A stretch of 60,415 nt of DNA, filler included, from Dugesia japonica (taxonomy: Eukaryota): assembly GCA_001938525.1 (NCBI GenBank). It is 6 parts of 6 records of this genome, joined end to end, with 100 filler letters (N's around TTAATTAATTAA, not from the genome) between each part and the next. Parts side by side here need not be neighbours in the genome. Positions count along the whole stretch, not along the records: positions 1 to 10,177 come from MQRL01638836.1; positions 10,278 to 22,046 come from MQRL01609846.1; 4 more parts are not named here. One strand, given 5' to 3'. Position 1 is the stretch's first letter, and every line of letters starts with the position of its first letter. This document shows, one piece after another, positions 1 through 12,952 of the stretch. Both the position numbers and the translations under genes were made by a program. The notes under the pieces are model-generated. The model ran no database searches. It was not told the DNA's origin and was given only the letters and a program-made list of their open reading frames with translations.

Positions 1-869
1 ACATCAATGGATTTAGAAATTTGGCAAACCGGAATGGATTGTATTAGACAGAGGTAAAGTCTTCGAAGGGAGTCCGATCAAGGGTTTGGTTGATAAATTT
101 AATATTGAGTAAATTTTTACTTCACCATATAATCATAAATCGAACTGTTTAGCAGAGCGAGCAATTAGGGAGAACCAAAATATCGCTGTAAATTTTTCAA
201 ATAATCGGCAAACTGGATTGAACTGGGATGAAATTATACCAAAAATTAAATATTATATTAGTTTAACAAAACAAGAGTCAACCGGATTTTCTCTAACGAA
301 AATAATATTTTGAAGGAAGATAAATATTCATGGCAAAGATTTGTACGTAAAGTTGGATCAAGAATAAGTATCGTCAAAGGTACAGGGTAATCTTGAGATT
401 TCAGCGGAAAGAATGAAAAGTCAATATGCTGAGAAGAAGGTGCACAGAGGGTTTGAAATGGAACAAGAAGTGTTGCTAAAAATAGATCCACAAAATAGAC
501 GAAAGGATGGCAATTTATATGAAGGTCCTGTAAAGATTGTTGCTTTCCGACGGAATATCAAGTAAAGCTAGAGTATCTATATGGAAAAAAATACAGAAGA
601 ATTCAATGGCTAAAATAGTGCCACAGTTCTTACAGAAAAGGGAGAGTAACAATAAGATAATATTGTTGTTTAAATACTCAAAAAAGTATTTTGTAATAAA
701 TTTTTGAAAAGCGTATTATTATGTAATGAGTCAAGATAGTATTGTAACTAATCAAAAGATTGATTTTGCTGATTGATGATTAAGTATTTAAAAAAAAGAA
801 ACCAACGAAAGACCAAGTAGCATGCAAATAAGTAGAAGGATAATCAGATAATAGAAATATACTGAAACA
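1..869 (+). mobile_element. Ty3/gypsy LTR retrotransposon 3' remnant (degenerate integrase core, PPT, probable 3' LTR)
   Basis: Broken plus-strand frames give integrase motifs (KFGKPE..I..DRGKVFE; TSPYNHKSN.LAERAI; YEGP). The purine tract GAAAAGGGAGA at ~635-645 is followed by GTAACA; a candidate LTR end ...TGAAACA lies at ~869. Confidence 0.7.
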
Positions 870-1449
870 GTTAAATTATTTTAAATATTATTTAAATGTC
901 ATATCAAGTCTTACTCACCATCCCTCAAGCTTATTATCTTCTTTTATTTCTAAATTTTACTCTGTAAAGATTATGATCCAATAATAATTTGAGAAAAGTA
1001 TGGGTAAATAATGGTAAGAAATCACAGAAATGCAAAAATTCAAATTCATGATATCAAAGTGGGATATGATTCATTACAAATATTATATATCGTGAAAACA
1101 CAAATTTTATTATATAATAAGTAGGTAGGTAAGATTAAATTACCCACAACACAGACATGAACCTCCTTTACCACAATNNNNNNNNNNNNNNNNNNNNNNN
1201 NNNNNNNNNNNNNNNNNNNNNNNNNNNTTACTCACCATCCCTCAAGCTTATTATCTTCTTTTATTTCTAAATTTTACTCTGTAAAGATTATGATCCAATA
1301 AAAATTTGAGAAAAGTATGGGTAAATAATGGTAAGAAATCACAGAAATGCAAAAATTCAAATTCATGATATCAAGGTGGGATATGATTCATTACAAGGCG
1401 TCACAAAAGTGTAGCTAATATGAAAAAATATGAAAGCATCAAAATTAAC

Positions 1450-2232
1450 TATAAGTTACACAGAGAGGTTACGCTTGATGCTCTTGTCACTTTTCAAAAA
1501 ATTCCTAAGAGGGCCTAACCCACCTTCATCAAAATCCAACCAAAACTCGCTACACCACACTTTTAAACCGAAATACCATAACTCTCTACTGTAACCAACA
1601 GTAAAATTTCTATAAATAGTTATCTATAACGTTTTATACAGATTTACAGGACTTATTTAAATTAATCATCAAAACCTAAAAAAATTTAAAATATAAAAAA
1701 AGTTTATTAAAAGATAAAAAGAAAATAAAAGAAAAATAAAAATAATTTAATTTCCTGCCAAAAAATAATTGAAATTCCCGCTAATTTTACTGATTAAATA
1801 AAACAAAACAGTTGTCTGTGAATGAGTGGGTATGCGTGGATATGAAATAAGTATTATATATCGTGAAAACACACATTTTATTATATAATAAGTAGGTAGG
1901 TAAGATTAAATTACCCACAACACAGACATGAACCTCCTTTACCACAATAACAAAAATAATTTAAAATTCCTGTTGAATTTACTTACGTCTTAGTTAAAAC
2001 AATACATGGTTGATATGAGCTCAAAAGGACAAATCAATCATCCTCCCTTAACTACCATCCCCTCCCCAGCACTCTAAGTAATCAAACAACACTCTAAAAA
2101 ATCAAAAAGCAAAAAATCAATAATCAATCAAACTCGAAAATCAATAAAAGCGCGATAATCACCAACACAGATAACCAAAATAGATTAGTTTTTTCTAGGG
2201 GACCTGTTCTCGTGCGCTTCCATCTACCAACT
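1450..2232. mobile_element. Right end of a long-TIR (Polinton/Maverick-like) element, related to the family at 33.2-38.7 kb
   Basis: C/A-skewed arm with degenerate E2F-type units (TTTCCTGCCAAAA, ATTCCCGC) at ~1750-1785. It ends ...CATCTACCAACT, whose reverse complement AGTTGGTAGATGG resembles the terminus AGTAGGTAGATAG at 36468. Confidence 0.4.
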
Positions 2233-3129
2233 TGGATAGAGAAATTAAAATTGTTTATACATTGTCAGAACGTATATTATCGATATATTTAATTTTAATG
2301 CGTAAAATGTTTTAATTTTTTAAAAAAAATTCTCAATTAGATTTTAAAAATGTGTCACTCATTAAAACAAAAAATTTTTTTTGAACCTGAAAACATTTAT
2401 TAATATTGGCAGCCTTTATATATGTTGTCGAGGTTAGTGGAGTGTGATGTCATTCCTATTATTTATATATTTTCATAAAAATGAAGAAGATGCAGAAAAA
2501 CATCATATAACATGGAAAATATTAGGAACAGGTTAAATTTTTGCTTTTCAACGTAAGAAACATAAACACAATTTGATCATATGTAATAAACCTAAAATAT
2601 GTATGGTTTGAAATAATTATAAAAATTCAAATAAATATAAATAAATTAAATTTAATAAGTGAAAAAAATAAGAATTTATTAATATATAAAAAACTTCTAA
2701 ATTTTAAAAATTATTATATTTTTTATAATTTTTATAATTTAAATTTATTTTTATTAATTAAACATTTAATATTTATATAAATGAATAAATAAAAAATTAA
2801 ATGAAACATAAATGAATAAATAAAAAATTAAATGAAACATAAATTCTAAATAAATTGTAAATAATAAAATAAAAAAAATATAAAATTTCATAATATAATT
2901 TGTTTAATATATTTCCTTTTTTAATTGAATAAAATTTATATAATTAATGATTATTATAATTTAATAAATTTTTGTAAGTTTAAAGAAATTTAAAAATAAA
3001 ATACAATTTAATAATTAAATATTTAAAAAAACTTTCAATTTAAATATAATTTTAAGAATAATTTAAAATAAAATTTTAATTTGAATATAATCTAATTTAT
3101 ATTAATTATTTGATTTAAATCAAAAAAAC

Positions 3130-3575
3130 AAAATGAAAGTGAAGTCTTCAAACACTTTCAACAAAAACATAGAATTTCACAAGAACAACATCACATACCA
3201 TTGAAAACCCTAGGAGCAGGCTATATTTCTACACTACATAGAAAAAAAAACAAAGAAATACTTATCAAAGAAGACAAACCTAAAATAAATATAATTTACA
3301 ATAATTAAAATAAATAATTAAATTTAAAATAAGAACTAAATTTACCAATTAAAATTTAATAAAGATGAATTACTTAAAAAATTAATACTATTATAAACAT
3401 AAATGTTGAATAAATTAAAAAAGTGAATTCCTGACGAATACAAAGTCGAAATATCGAATCAATCTCAAAAAACAAAAAAAATATTTTTGATCGAAGCTTT
3501 TATTTAAATGAATTCTAAAAAAACGATCAATGGTTACGTTCAACAATTATTCTTGCAATGATTCCAAATGTAAAA
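3130..3575 (+). mobile_element. Penelope-like element 3' remnant (GIY-YIG C-terminus and 3' tail with hammerhead)
   Basis: NESEVFKHFQQKH...LKTLGAGY...HRK, then after a frameshift LIKEDKPKINI, matches the C-terminal half of PLE GIY-YIG endonucleases. It is followed by the ~160-nt hammerhead-bearing repeat at 3421-3575. Confidence 0.7.
3425..3460 (+). ncRNA. Minimal type I hammerhead ribozyme motif, slightly degenerate
   Basis: GAATTC-CTGACGA-ATACAAAGTC-GAAA-TATC-GAATC. The core is intact, helix II has one mismatch and helix I has 4 bp. Confidence 0.65.
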
Positions 3576-4655
3576 AATAGAAACAATTTTATAATTTTTT
3601 AATATCGATTAAATCTATCAAAAAGTCAAATTTCTAAAAGTGATATTTCAGAATATCACTTTCTGAAGTCATATTTCTGACAATTGTTGAAAATTAGAAT
3701 ATCTATAAAACAACAATTTACTTTAATTGAACCAGATAGTTTATATAGGATTACATCTTATCATAAAAAAGATTTTACGTACGCACTCACAACAAGTGCC
3801 CCTAAAAGGAGACTTAGCATTCATTATTTCTAAAACAAATGAATAGCTATAAATGAATAAATACATTAAATTGAACATGCAATATCATATTAAGCGGTTA
3901 TAACTTCAATTTAATATAATTGGGGTCAGGAGTAAAAAAATAATAAAATAAACTAAAATAAAACAATTGTATTGACTCGATATTTATGTTCATCATCTCA
4001 TTCCAAATATAAGTTTACTTGAAAAAATGTGTCTACTATCTTAAATTCCAAATGCTATGTTGTGTTTGGAGAACTATGATGGTTTGTTGTTCTTTGAATT
4101 TATTCTAGGTTGACGTGGAGTTACGACCGATCTTTTCTCTGAAAAATGATATACCTTAGATACATTTCTTTAGTCAACCGTGAAAAGTAACAAAGAAGCA
4201 AAGAGTAACAAACTACAACTCGTCTGAAAAATAAAATATCTTGATTACAATCGAACCTCTACATTATTAGCACTTTCTGATTACTATTTAATTAGGTTCA
4301 TTATTAATTTTTACGAACTTGGTTCTTCGAGAATATATAACAGGCTTAAATTGGAATATGAGACCTAAATAGATAATACTTTGAGTATTAATTAGTTTTG
4401 TATTTTTTTAATTTTTCATTAAAGTGTCCATGAGAACCTTATGATAAAATAATTAGTTTTTAGGAAAATAAAATATTAGAATTATATTTATTATTATAAT
4501 AATTGAAAGTAAACAAATATTAAAAATTGTTTGCACTAAACAATGTTTTCTAAAAAACAGAAATATTAGAGTACAATAACAATGAAAATGTCTTTATAAG
4601 TAAATATTGCACAATGTGTTTAATAAATTCTAAACTATAGTAAATATTCTTTAAT

Positions 4656-5375
4656 CTAATTCGTTATGTATAAAGTTATTGACATTTCTTGTTTTCTTCT
4701 CTTTAGACAAAATAGTTTTTGTAATAACTGTAAATAAGCACCTTGGAATTGTTTATTTGTTAAAGCGTATAAAAATGGATTTGCAGAACTACTTAAATGT
4801 GCAACTATTGTAATTGAAATATAAGTAACTTGACTAGATGGGTTGAATATATCAACTACTGCTACAATACCAGCAGGTATCCAACACATGACAAATACAA
4901 AAAATAATAAAAACAACATTCGTGCTAATTTCATTGATTTAGTTTTAGAAGTGCGATTCTTTTCAGACATTTGTGAAACTTTATTACTCACTTGTCTCCA
5001 ATGTATATATATTCTCAAATAACAATAAGTTGTTATTACAACCGGTAACCAAAGAAGAAAACGAGTCATAAAATAACCAGTTATTCCACCAAATGTACAA
5101 CTTAAGGTATCACGATCAAATCTCAGATTATTCCATTCGAAAAAATTGCCACTTTGTAAAAGAATGGATACAATCCAAATTAATAAACAATAAAAATAAC
5201 AGTCTTCTCGTAAAACATTTCCGATAATAACCATTTTTGACAATATAAACGTATCGATTTACTCCAACAGTTGCAATAGTTAATACTGAACAAATGCATG
5301 AAGTGCCACACATAACCATAGTAAATTGACAAAGTCCGAATCTTGTAAAGAAAAATAATTCTCCTTCTAGTATTC
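4656..5375 (-). CDS. Terminal exon (TM3-TM7) of a class A GPCR, melatonin-receptor/Tre1-moody-like (NRY motif); frameshift near 5200-5205
   Basis: Acceptor ttttttaag|GA precedes 5375. Translation runs GILEGELFFFTRFGLCQFTMVMCGTSCICSVLTIATVGVNRYVYIV, changes frame to CYFYCLLIWIVSILL...SCTF...CWIP...NPFLYALTNKQF, and stops at 4656. The TM1-TM2 exon was not found in this contig. Confidence 0.85.
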
Positions 5376-6949
5376 CTTAAAAAAATATTTGTATCTTGAA
5401 ATTATCAAAGAATTTTTTTCTTATACAAGTATTTTAGAATTAATCAGAAAAATGTATTTAATATGAAAAAAATTATTTTAACTCTAAAACATTTACTAAA
5501 ATATCTAAACGTCTTTAAGATTTCATTTTCTTTTCTATTATATTCCAAGACTATTATCGTTTATTAGTTAAATAATAATAGGCTTAAACATATTTATTAT
5601 GTTTATTAAAAATATATTTGGCAAATATAAAACTTTCGAGTTTAAAATAGGTTCAAAATAAAACGATAAAATCCAATTATTTAACTTTTTATTAAATATT
5701 AACATTTAAAAATGTTTGTAAATAAATACTTTTACATAGCTTTACAATTGAATTTCAAATTTACATTTAAAAATTTAAACAAATAAACATTAATTTTAAT
5801 AAAAACCTTATTGCTTTTAATTTTAAAAATATTTAAAAATATATAATTATCTAACAGACACCATGCATTATGTTTGGTGCTTNNNNNNNNNNNNNNNNNN
5901 NNNNNNNNNNNNNNNNNNNNNNNNNNNNNNNNTGTATCTTGAAATTATCAAAGAATTTTTTTCTTATACAAGTATTTTAGAATTAATCAGAAAAATGTAT
6001 TTAATAGGAAAAAAATTATTTGAACTCTAAAAAATTAACTAAAATATCTAAAAGTCTTTAAGATTTCCTTTTCTATTCTATTATATTCCAAGACTATTAT
6101 CGTTTATTAGTTATCTAATTATCTAACAGACACCATGCATTATGTTTGGTATTTTTCCAACAATAAATTCAAATTCAAAATATTTAGTTGTTAATTGATA
6201 ACTGATCTGACTCCACTTATAAAGTAAAGGTCCATCTTGGNNNNNNNNNNNNNNNNNNNNNNNNAATGAAGTTTTGATATCAATAAAATATTCTCAAATA
6301 ACACAATATCTTTGACTAAAATTTATAAATCTAATTTCGAAATACGCTATATCTTTTCTTCTGCAAAATGTTGAAAACCTTTACAAAGCTTCAACTCTTA
6401 TAAATACTTACACACATAACTTACACAAAAAGAAAACCAATGAGATATATCAACAAATAAAAGTTGTCAAGACTTTATTTATGTTAACTAATGAAAATAT
6501 TTCAGATATGCTGATTTCCCATTGATCACACATCAACTTTCAATTTTTCATTATAAAGGAGGATGTTGGGGATTGAGTCTTAACATTTTATAAAAAACCT
6601 ATATTTTATTAAAATGGTCAACAACTCTTGTTATACCTTATTCACTATGTTTTATTTATTTTAATTAATTATTTTATTTTAATTTAACAATTTAATGTTG
6701 ACTTTGAATTTTAATATGATGAACTATTTGTTAGGTAAATCTTCAATTGGTAATTGGTTATTCAAATCAGAACTAATATTTTTAGACATTATTTATTTTT
6801 GTACTTCAACTCTAAATTTAATTAGAGAAATGATAAAAATCTTTATTCAGAATTAACCCAATTTCTATTGGCTCAAAATCATTAAATAATAATTATTTCC
6901 TCATATCCCTTTCTAAAAAACTTTCTAAGTTTTCCACATTTCTTTCTAA

Positions 6950-9060
6950 TCGCTGCCATTTTCTCCTTGTACCGCGTACAGAAATAATAAACAGCCAATA
7001 ACTCTTTTCGTGTAATGCAATATCCCTTTCNNNNNNNNNNNNNNNNNNNNNNNNNNNNNNNNNNNNNNNNNNNNNNNNNNCTTCTTTCTTTATCTCTCTG
7101 TGGCAATACTGCTTCAATTGTATCAAAACTGGCATCTGTATCTAAAATGAATTCCCTGTTTATGTCTGGAAAACACAATATTGGTGCAGTCATTAGAGAT
7201 TTCTTCAGACCCTCAAAAGTATTATTTATTTCATCTGTCCATTCTAATTTCTTGTTGCTTTATCCGCTACACAATTGTTCTAATATTCTTGATTTGCTTG
7301 CGTAGTTTTCTATAAATTTCCTGTAATAATTTCAAATTCCTAAATAACTTCACAGCTTCTTCACACAATTAGGTATGCCAAATGTTCTTATTGCTACTAT
7401 TTTAGACGGATCAGTTTTAACACCATCTCTGCTAATTATGTGTCCAAGAAATTTGATTTCGTTTTGTAGAAACTGACACTTTTCTGGAATTATTCTTAAA
7501 CCAGCTTTCATTATTTCCCTTAATACTCTGTCAATTACTTCATAGTGTTGATCTTTGACTCCATCTAACTTGTCCAGCATTTCATCGACATTAAGCATCG
7601 GAAAGGCTTGTTTTTTCGTTACTGCATTCAATTGTCTGAAATCCAAACATATTCATATGTCTTTCGTTTCCTTTTTCTAAACAAAGATCAGTAAAGTATC
7701 CCATGGAGAGTTGCATTTTTGGATAATATTATTATCGAAAGGGTTTTGGATAGCTTCTTCAATTTTAGATTCTAAGTTCATTAGTTGCCTATACGGTTTT
7801 ACATTGATTGGTTCACCACTTGTGATTATTTTGTGTCTTGTTAGATGTGTGCGTCCTAGATCCCAATTATCTGTCATAAAAGAATCTTCTTTACTTTCAA
7901 TTATTTTCAATAACTGTTGATCCTCTTTAATCTTCAAGATATTTAAATCTCTTGCTAATCGCTCTCTTTTTTTTAATTTGTCTACCAAATTACGCTTCAA
8001 TATTACAATTGTAATTTTCTTCTTTATCATCCGTTTTGTTGGTAACATTTTACATAAGCTAATATCTAAAAATTTTCTGCATATCTATTCATTCTATCAG
8101 ATCTGGCGTTACTCTTTCATTTTAACTTTTCCAACAATTTCAAGTGTACTATTATTTGCACAACGCAATCTTTCATCACTCATTTTTAACTGCATTTCTC
8201 GTAATTTATTAAAACAACTCAAACTCATCATGTTAATTTGACCTCCTTTATCTAATAGACATTCTACATTTTTCCTTGAATTGATACCGTAACACTTGAT
8301 CTGCCTTGCAATTTATGGTATGAAATATTTGTTTTCTGTTTTGCTTTAATTGTTTCAACCCATTCTACTTTTCTTTCATCCGCAAACTTTTCCCTCTTTA
8401 AGGACCTGTATACTTTTTCTGTAACTTTTCCTATATCATCCCACTTTTCGACTCCTTGAGGATAATTACTCACTTCANNNNNNNNTGGATGGCTCCAACC
8501 AACTCCTCTACTGGTGGAGCCCTGCCTTTTGGGTACTGCATTTCTGAATCACTTTCATACAGTTCCTCATATTCATCGTTTGTACTGACATCTTCTTCTT
8601 CAATCTCATGTACTCAATTATATTGGTTTTTTGCCCTTTCTGCAGTCATAAATTTCTTATTTGTTATTTTCGGTTTCAAATTTGTGCAGAACTCTACTGC
8701 TCTATGTCCACCATTACCACTTCATTTACACATCACTTCATGACAAAAACGTCTAATATGTNNNNNNNNNNNNNNNNNNNNNNNNNNNNNNNNNNNNNNN
8801 NNNNNNNNNNNGAACTCTACTGCTCTATGTCCACCATTACCACTTCATTTACACATCACTTCATGACAAAAACGTCTAATATGTCCAACCTTTCCCCATC
8901 CAAAACATTTTGTTGGTTTTTTATTTGGACTATCGCGACTTATATGTCTTACTTTATGACAAGTTCAGCACACTACCACTTCTTTCGTTGGACAATTTGC
9001 TTTATTATGACCGATCTTATGACATAACCAACATCAATATTTTGTTTTTCCTTTCTTTGA
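6950..9060 (-). mobile_element. Degenerate Ty3/gypsy gag-pro-RT-RNaseH remnant
   Basis: CCHC knuckle region ~8690-8990 and Y-P-K-G-R-A-P-P-V-E-E-L-V-G-A gag end. RT motifs H.I.T.GEPINVKPYR, SPW, DFRQLNAVT and KCQFLQNEIKFLGH; RNase H motifs FILDTDAS and YCITRKELLAV. Many stops and frameshifts. Confidence 0.9.
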
Positions 9061-9359
9061 TCCACATGTATATTCACAAACAAAACATGTATATTCACAA
9101 ATAAAAATATAAAATTTTGAATAAATGAATACTTGATCTTACATTTTAAGATGAAGATTGAATATTATAGTAAAATTTTTAAATAATTTAAAATAAATTT
9201 TAAAAAATTTAAAAATATGATCAACAATTAAAACACGGGATTTTAATTTGTTTGAATAAACAAATAATGATGTTATATTTTGGTTTATGAATAAAGTTTA
9301 TTTTTATTAATGACTTATAATCCTAAACAACAAATCTGTGCAGTATTTTAGATAACGTA

Positions 9360-10177
9360 ATCGATTCTAAATAGTAAATTGGGGAAGCAATGCCATTAAC
9401 CAGGAGTGTGATACGCTACTACTTAGAAATTAGGTTGAGTTAACGATTGAGAAGGACACTGCAATTAGTTATTGAGATAAAATTATTTCTCAACCAATGT
9501 GATTAAAATTACGCAAGCCGAATTGCATAGGGTTATAAGAAAGCACCGTTACCAATGTAATATTAAAACAGTGGTAATAGGAATACTCTTGAGCATCGTA
9601 GAAAATGTAAAAATCAAAAGTGTGTTTTGATTTTGAAATCTTGTGCAGTATATTTAATAATTATTAGTAGATTGTGATGTGTGGAGCTTTTTTGATAAAG
9701 GCATTAAATCCTAAAATTAATGTTCAGTTGACGGATTCAAAATCGCTCTAAAAATTATCTTATTGATTTTTTTTATTAGGATTGCTTAATTGAAATTATA
9801 TAATTATTTTAACTTTGTAAAATGTTTGTTTTAATTTGTTTAATTGGCTGATAATGACGGATATTTCGTTGGAATTGATTTTAAAAATGGTGTTCAATTA
9901 TTTATTTACAAAAAATACCATTATTTTTTGAGATTTTAAATCGTAGTTATTCACTTACGTTACCTGTTTTTAAGAGATATATGAAAATAATAATTAAAAA
10001 ATATGGTTTTAAATATGAGTGATATTAAATTAACTCATGATGAAATTAAAATTCTACGTTATGGACAAAGGCATAGTATAAAAAAAGGATCAATCAAGTT
10101 TTATTTAAGTCTAAAATTGAATCAATTTTCAATTTTATTTCAAAAAAGCTTGAAAATTTTAATTCTAATATTAAAAA
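9360..10177 (+). mobile_element. Penelope-like element: GIY-YIG end and 3' tail (pseudo-LTR) followed by the start of an RT ORF
   Basis: FEILCS...AFLIKALNPKINVQ at ~9630-9730, then a decayed hammerhead (CTGATAA...GGAA, 9848-9874). VLNMSDIKLTHDEIKILRYG at 10003 matches the PLE pre-RT motif V.NLS...L...E..LL..G. This is the partial-tandem PLE layout. Confidence 0.7.
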
Positions 10178-10277
10178 NNNNNNNNNNNNNNNNNNNNNNN
10201 NNNNNNNNNNNNNNNNNNNNNTTAATTAATTAANNNNNNNNNNNNNNNNNNNNNNNNNNNNNNNNNNNNNNNNNNNN
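10178..10277. other. Artificial contig-join spacer N-TTAATTAATTAA-N (12-mer at 10222-10233)
   Basis: An identical 12-mer with stops in all six frames sits inside N runs here and at 22091, 31436, 40282 and 51117. Confidence 0.95.
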
Positions 10278-10700
10278 TGTCACATTCTTTTATTTCCTGA
10301 AATATCTAGTCTACTTTATCCTTTTTCTAGACTTAATTTTAAGCTTCATCCCATTATCATCGCAACTGTTCGTTATTAATTTCTTAGCTTAAATTTTCTT
10401 ATTCCAATTGTGGGAAATTATCTTATCTACCATTTCCTCAATCCTTTTATATATATATATATATACTGACATGCTCTACTTTCCTTATGTAAATTAGAGC
10501 TTCTTCTATGTCTTTAATCATTGAAGATGGCTTTAAGAAAGTCTTTCTTAATCTTTCTTCAAATCCTAGTGCTTCATCTTCGTTTTCATAAATTTCTCAA
10601 AGTTCTTTATCAAGAAAACCAATAAGTTTCTACACCTTGTCATTATTCCGAAAAATTTTATAAATTTTATAATATTCTTAATAAACATTTCAACATCGTA
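10278..10700 (-). mobile_element. Ty3/gypsy gag N-terminal remnant
   Basis: EIYENEDEALGFEERLRKTFLKPSSMIKD is homologous to the gag start at 50709-50984 (EIYKNEDEALRFEERFRKAF). Confidence 0.75.
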
Positions 10701-11504
10701 TAATATAATATAATTGTAACATATAATTTATTAAAACAAATTATTCAAGAAAATATATTTTATTAAATTATTTAAATTAAATTCATTTAAAATAAAACAA
10801 TTAAAATTTTATAAATAATTTCCAAATTTTAAATTAAATTTTACATATACATTGCAGAAAATCTCAAATTATACATTTGTATAAAAAGTTTTACATTAAG
10901 TATTTATATCTAAAATTCTTTCAATTTATTTAGAAAATTTAAATTAGAAATTTCAACAATGAGATTTTTTAAATTTACATTTAAAATTTTAATTTTATAA
11001 TATATCATTTTAAATTTAAAAACATTAAAAAATTTAGGCTTTTAAAAATACCTAATAAATACTTTTATGATCAATCACGCATTATTAATATAATAATTTA
11101 ATTTTAATAAATGCAATTGTTCCTTTATCGATTGACAATATGCATCAACAAGTTTATTCAGCCGTTATTATAAAAGCGAATCTAATNNNNNNNNNNNNNN
11201 NNNNNNNNNNNNNNNNNNNNNNNNNNNNNNNAGAAATTTGTTGTTAAATGTTGTTTCCAAGGAAACAGTTATAATGAATCATAACTCCTTGGAAACATTT
11301 CGAAATTTTCTTAGATTTTAGAATTTTTTCGCAAGTATTAAAAGCGTACGAATATTGAAAATATTAAAAATACATAAATCAAATATATCAAAAATAATTT
11401 TATTTTACAGTTGAGTATTGTAATTCAAAGTATCATAAAACCATTTTTGAAAAAAAAATAACATTTTCTTTAAAAACCTATACAACTTACAAATTTTATC
11501 ATTT

Positions 11505-11531
11505 ATTGTTATTATTATTATTATTATTATA

Positions 11532-11576
<45 letters not shown>

Positions 11577-11626
11577 NNNNNNNNNNNNNNNNNNNNNNNN
11601 NNNNNNNNNNNNNNNNNNNNNNNNNN

Positions 11627-11690
<64 letters not shown>
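11505..11690. repeat. (ATT)n microsatellite spanning a gap
   Basis: Direct reading of the sequence. Confidence 0.95.
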
Positions 11691-12612
11691 TAAATTATAA
11701 ATTGTTTATTTAAACTTTTGAGATTGCTATTTTGTATAATAAATTATATAAATATTGCTTTTTGTAAATAAATACATATTAGTGATAAAATAACAAATTA
11801 AAATGCTAAATTTGATTTTACTCAATATGTAAAATATTATTTTAGAGTTTAAAATCAACGAATTTTTTTTTAATATTAAACCTTAGACATGTAATGATGC
11901 TGTATTTGCGTTCACTGGTATTTGTGTCGAATTTCAAATAGGCATGTAGAGTAGGTTGCTATTTTTATTAAGTTTATTACACTAGCTTTAATTATAAAAC
12001 TTTACTGTGATTTCTTGTGTGTGTATTCCGTTCCATAAATAAAAAAGCGACACAAAACACTTTTCCTATTAAAATTATTCAGTGAAATTAAAAAAAAGAA
12101 AAGTAGACTGCATTCAACTATAAATGTTAGAAATTGATTTTGAAAAAACTTGTTGATGAAAGTTCTTTTTACATAATTATTTTAAAAAATTAATTATTAA
12201 CTCGTCAACGCAAAAAAAGCGTTTTAATTTTCATCTATTTCTTTTATTATTGATTTCTGTTACGAATCTTGATAAATATATATATATATATACGTGTGTG
12301 TGTGTCAATGTGTTTTAATGTAAAATTTGACTATAGCAAACACACCAACTTTACCAAACCGTGTTATCTCGGACAACAAAAAGAACGCTTATGTTTGTCT
12401 GTATTTGTAATTAAAATTAAAAATAAAATCTTCCACGAGTTAACTCGGTTTACTACATTAAGTGGTTAAATAGTTCTTTATTTAAATAAAATTGAAGTAA
12501 ATTAGAATATAAATAATGGTCTTCAACTTTGTCCTTTTCTTTGAGATTATTGGCGACTCAAATAATTCTATAAATGAAAATATGTGACACAGCCATACAT
12601 AGAATGCCTTAC

Positions 12613-12952
12613 CTTGCAAATTTGTATAGCGCAGGCGCGCACCCAGGAGGGAACTCATGGGCTTGAGCCCCCCACCTACCTATAAAAATATGTGCTACAC
12701 AATGGACGAAAATCGATTAAACGGGTTGGCTTTGTCACCTTTTCTATCTAAAATGAATATAAAATATTTTAATCATGTATTATATATTAAAAATATTTAA
12801 ATTGAACTCGACTCTTATTATTATTGTTGTTTTCTTTTATTTGAGCCCACTCCAAGCGAAAAACCTGGGTGTACGCCTGGTATAGCGCAATGTCATATCA
12901 ATGTAATGGGAAAATATTTTTAATGCTTCTGCTTGACTAAGAAGATATATAT
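12613..12952 (-). other. Candidate 84-nt phase-1/phase-1 exon interrupted by the MITE
   Basis: With the MITE and one TSD removed, the sequence reads ttttatcag|AT ATA TAT...TTG CAA G|gtaagg, an open frame IYLLSQAEALKIFSHYIDMTLRYTNLQ with strong splice sites. No family was recognised. Confidence 0.35.
12632..12879. mobile_element. hAT-type MITE, 248 bp, 16-bp TIRs, 8-bp TSD
   Basis: TIRs CAGGCGCGCACCCAGG and CCTGGGTGTACGCCTG match at 14/16. The TSD GTATAGCG is perfect at 12624-12631 and 12880-12887. Confidence 0.9.

Noticed and set aside
910-1948. Near-exact duplications (910-1078 vs 1228-1397; 1079-1177 vs 1852-1948)
   Set aside because: They flank a 50-N gap, which is typical of allelic-contig scaffolding artefacts. 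The same applies to 5933-6150, 8812-8881, 24665-24868 and 28225-28554.
3637-3662. 11-bp perfect hairpin AAAGTGATATT-TCAG-AATATCACTTT
   Set aside because: Isolated and AT-rich with no supporting context; it could arise by chance or local template switching.
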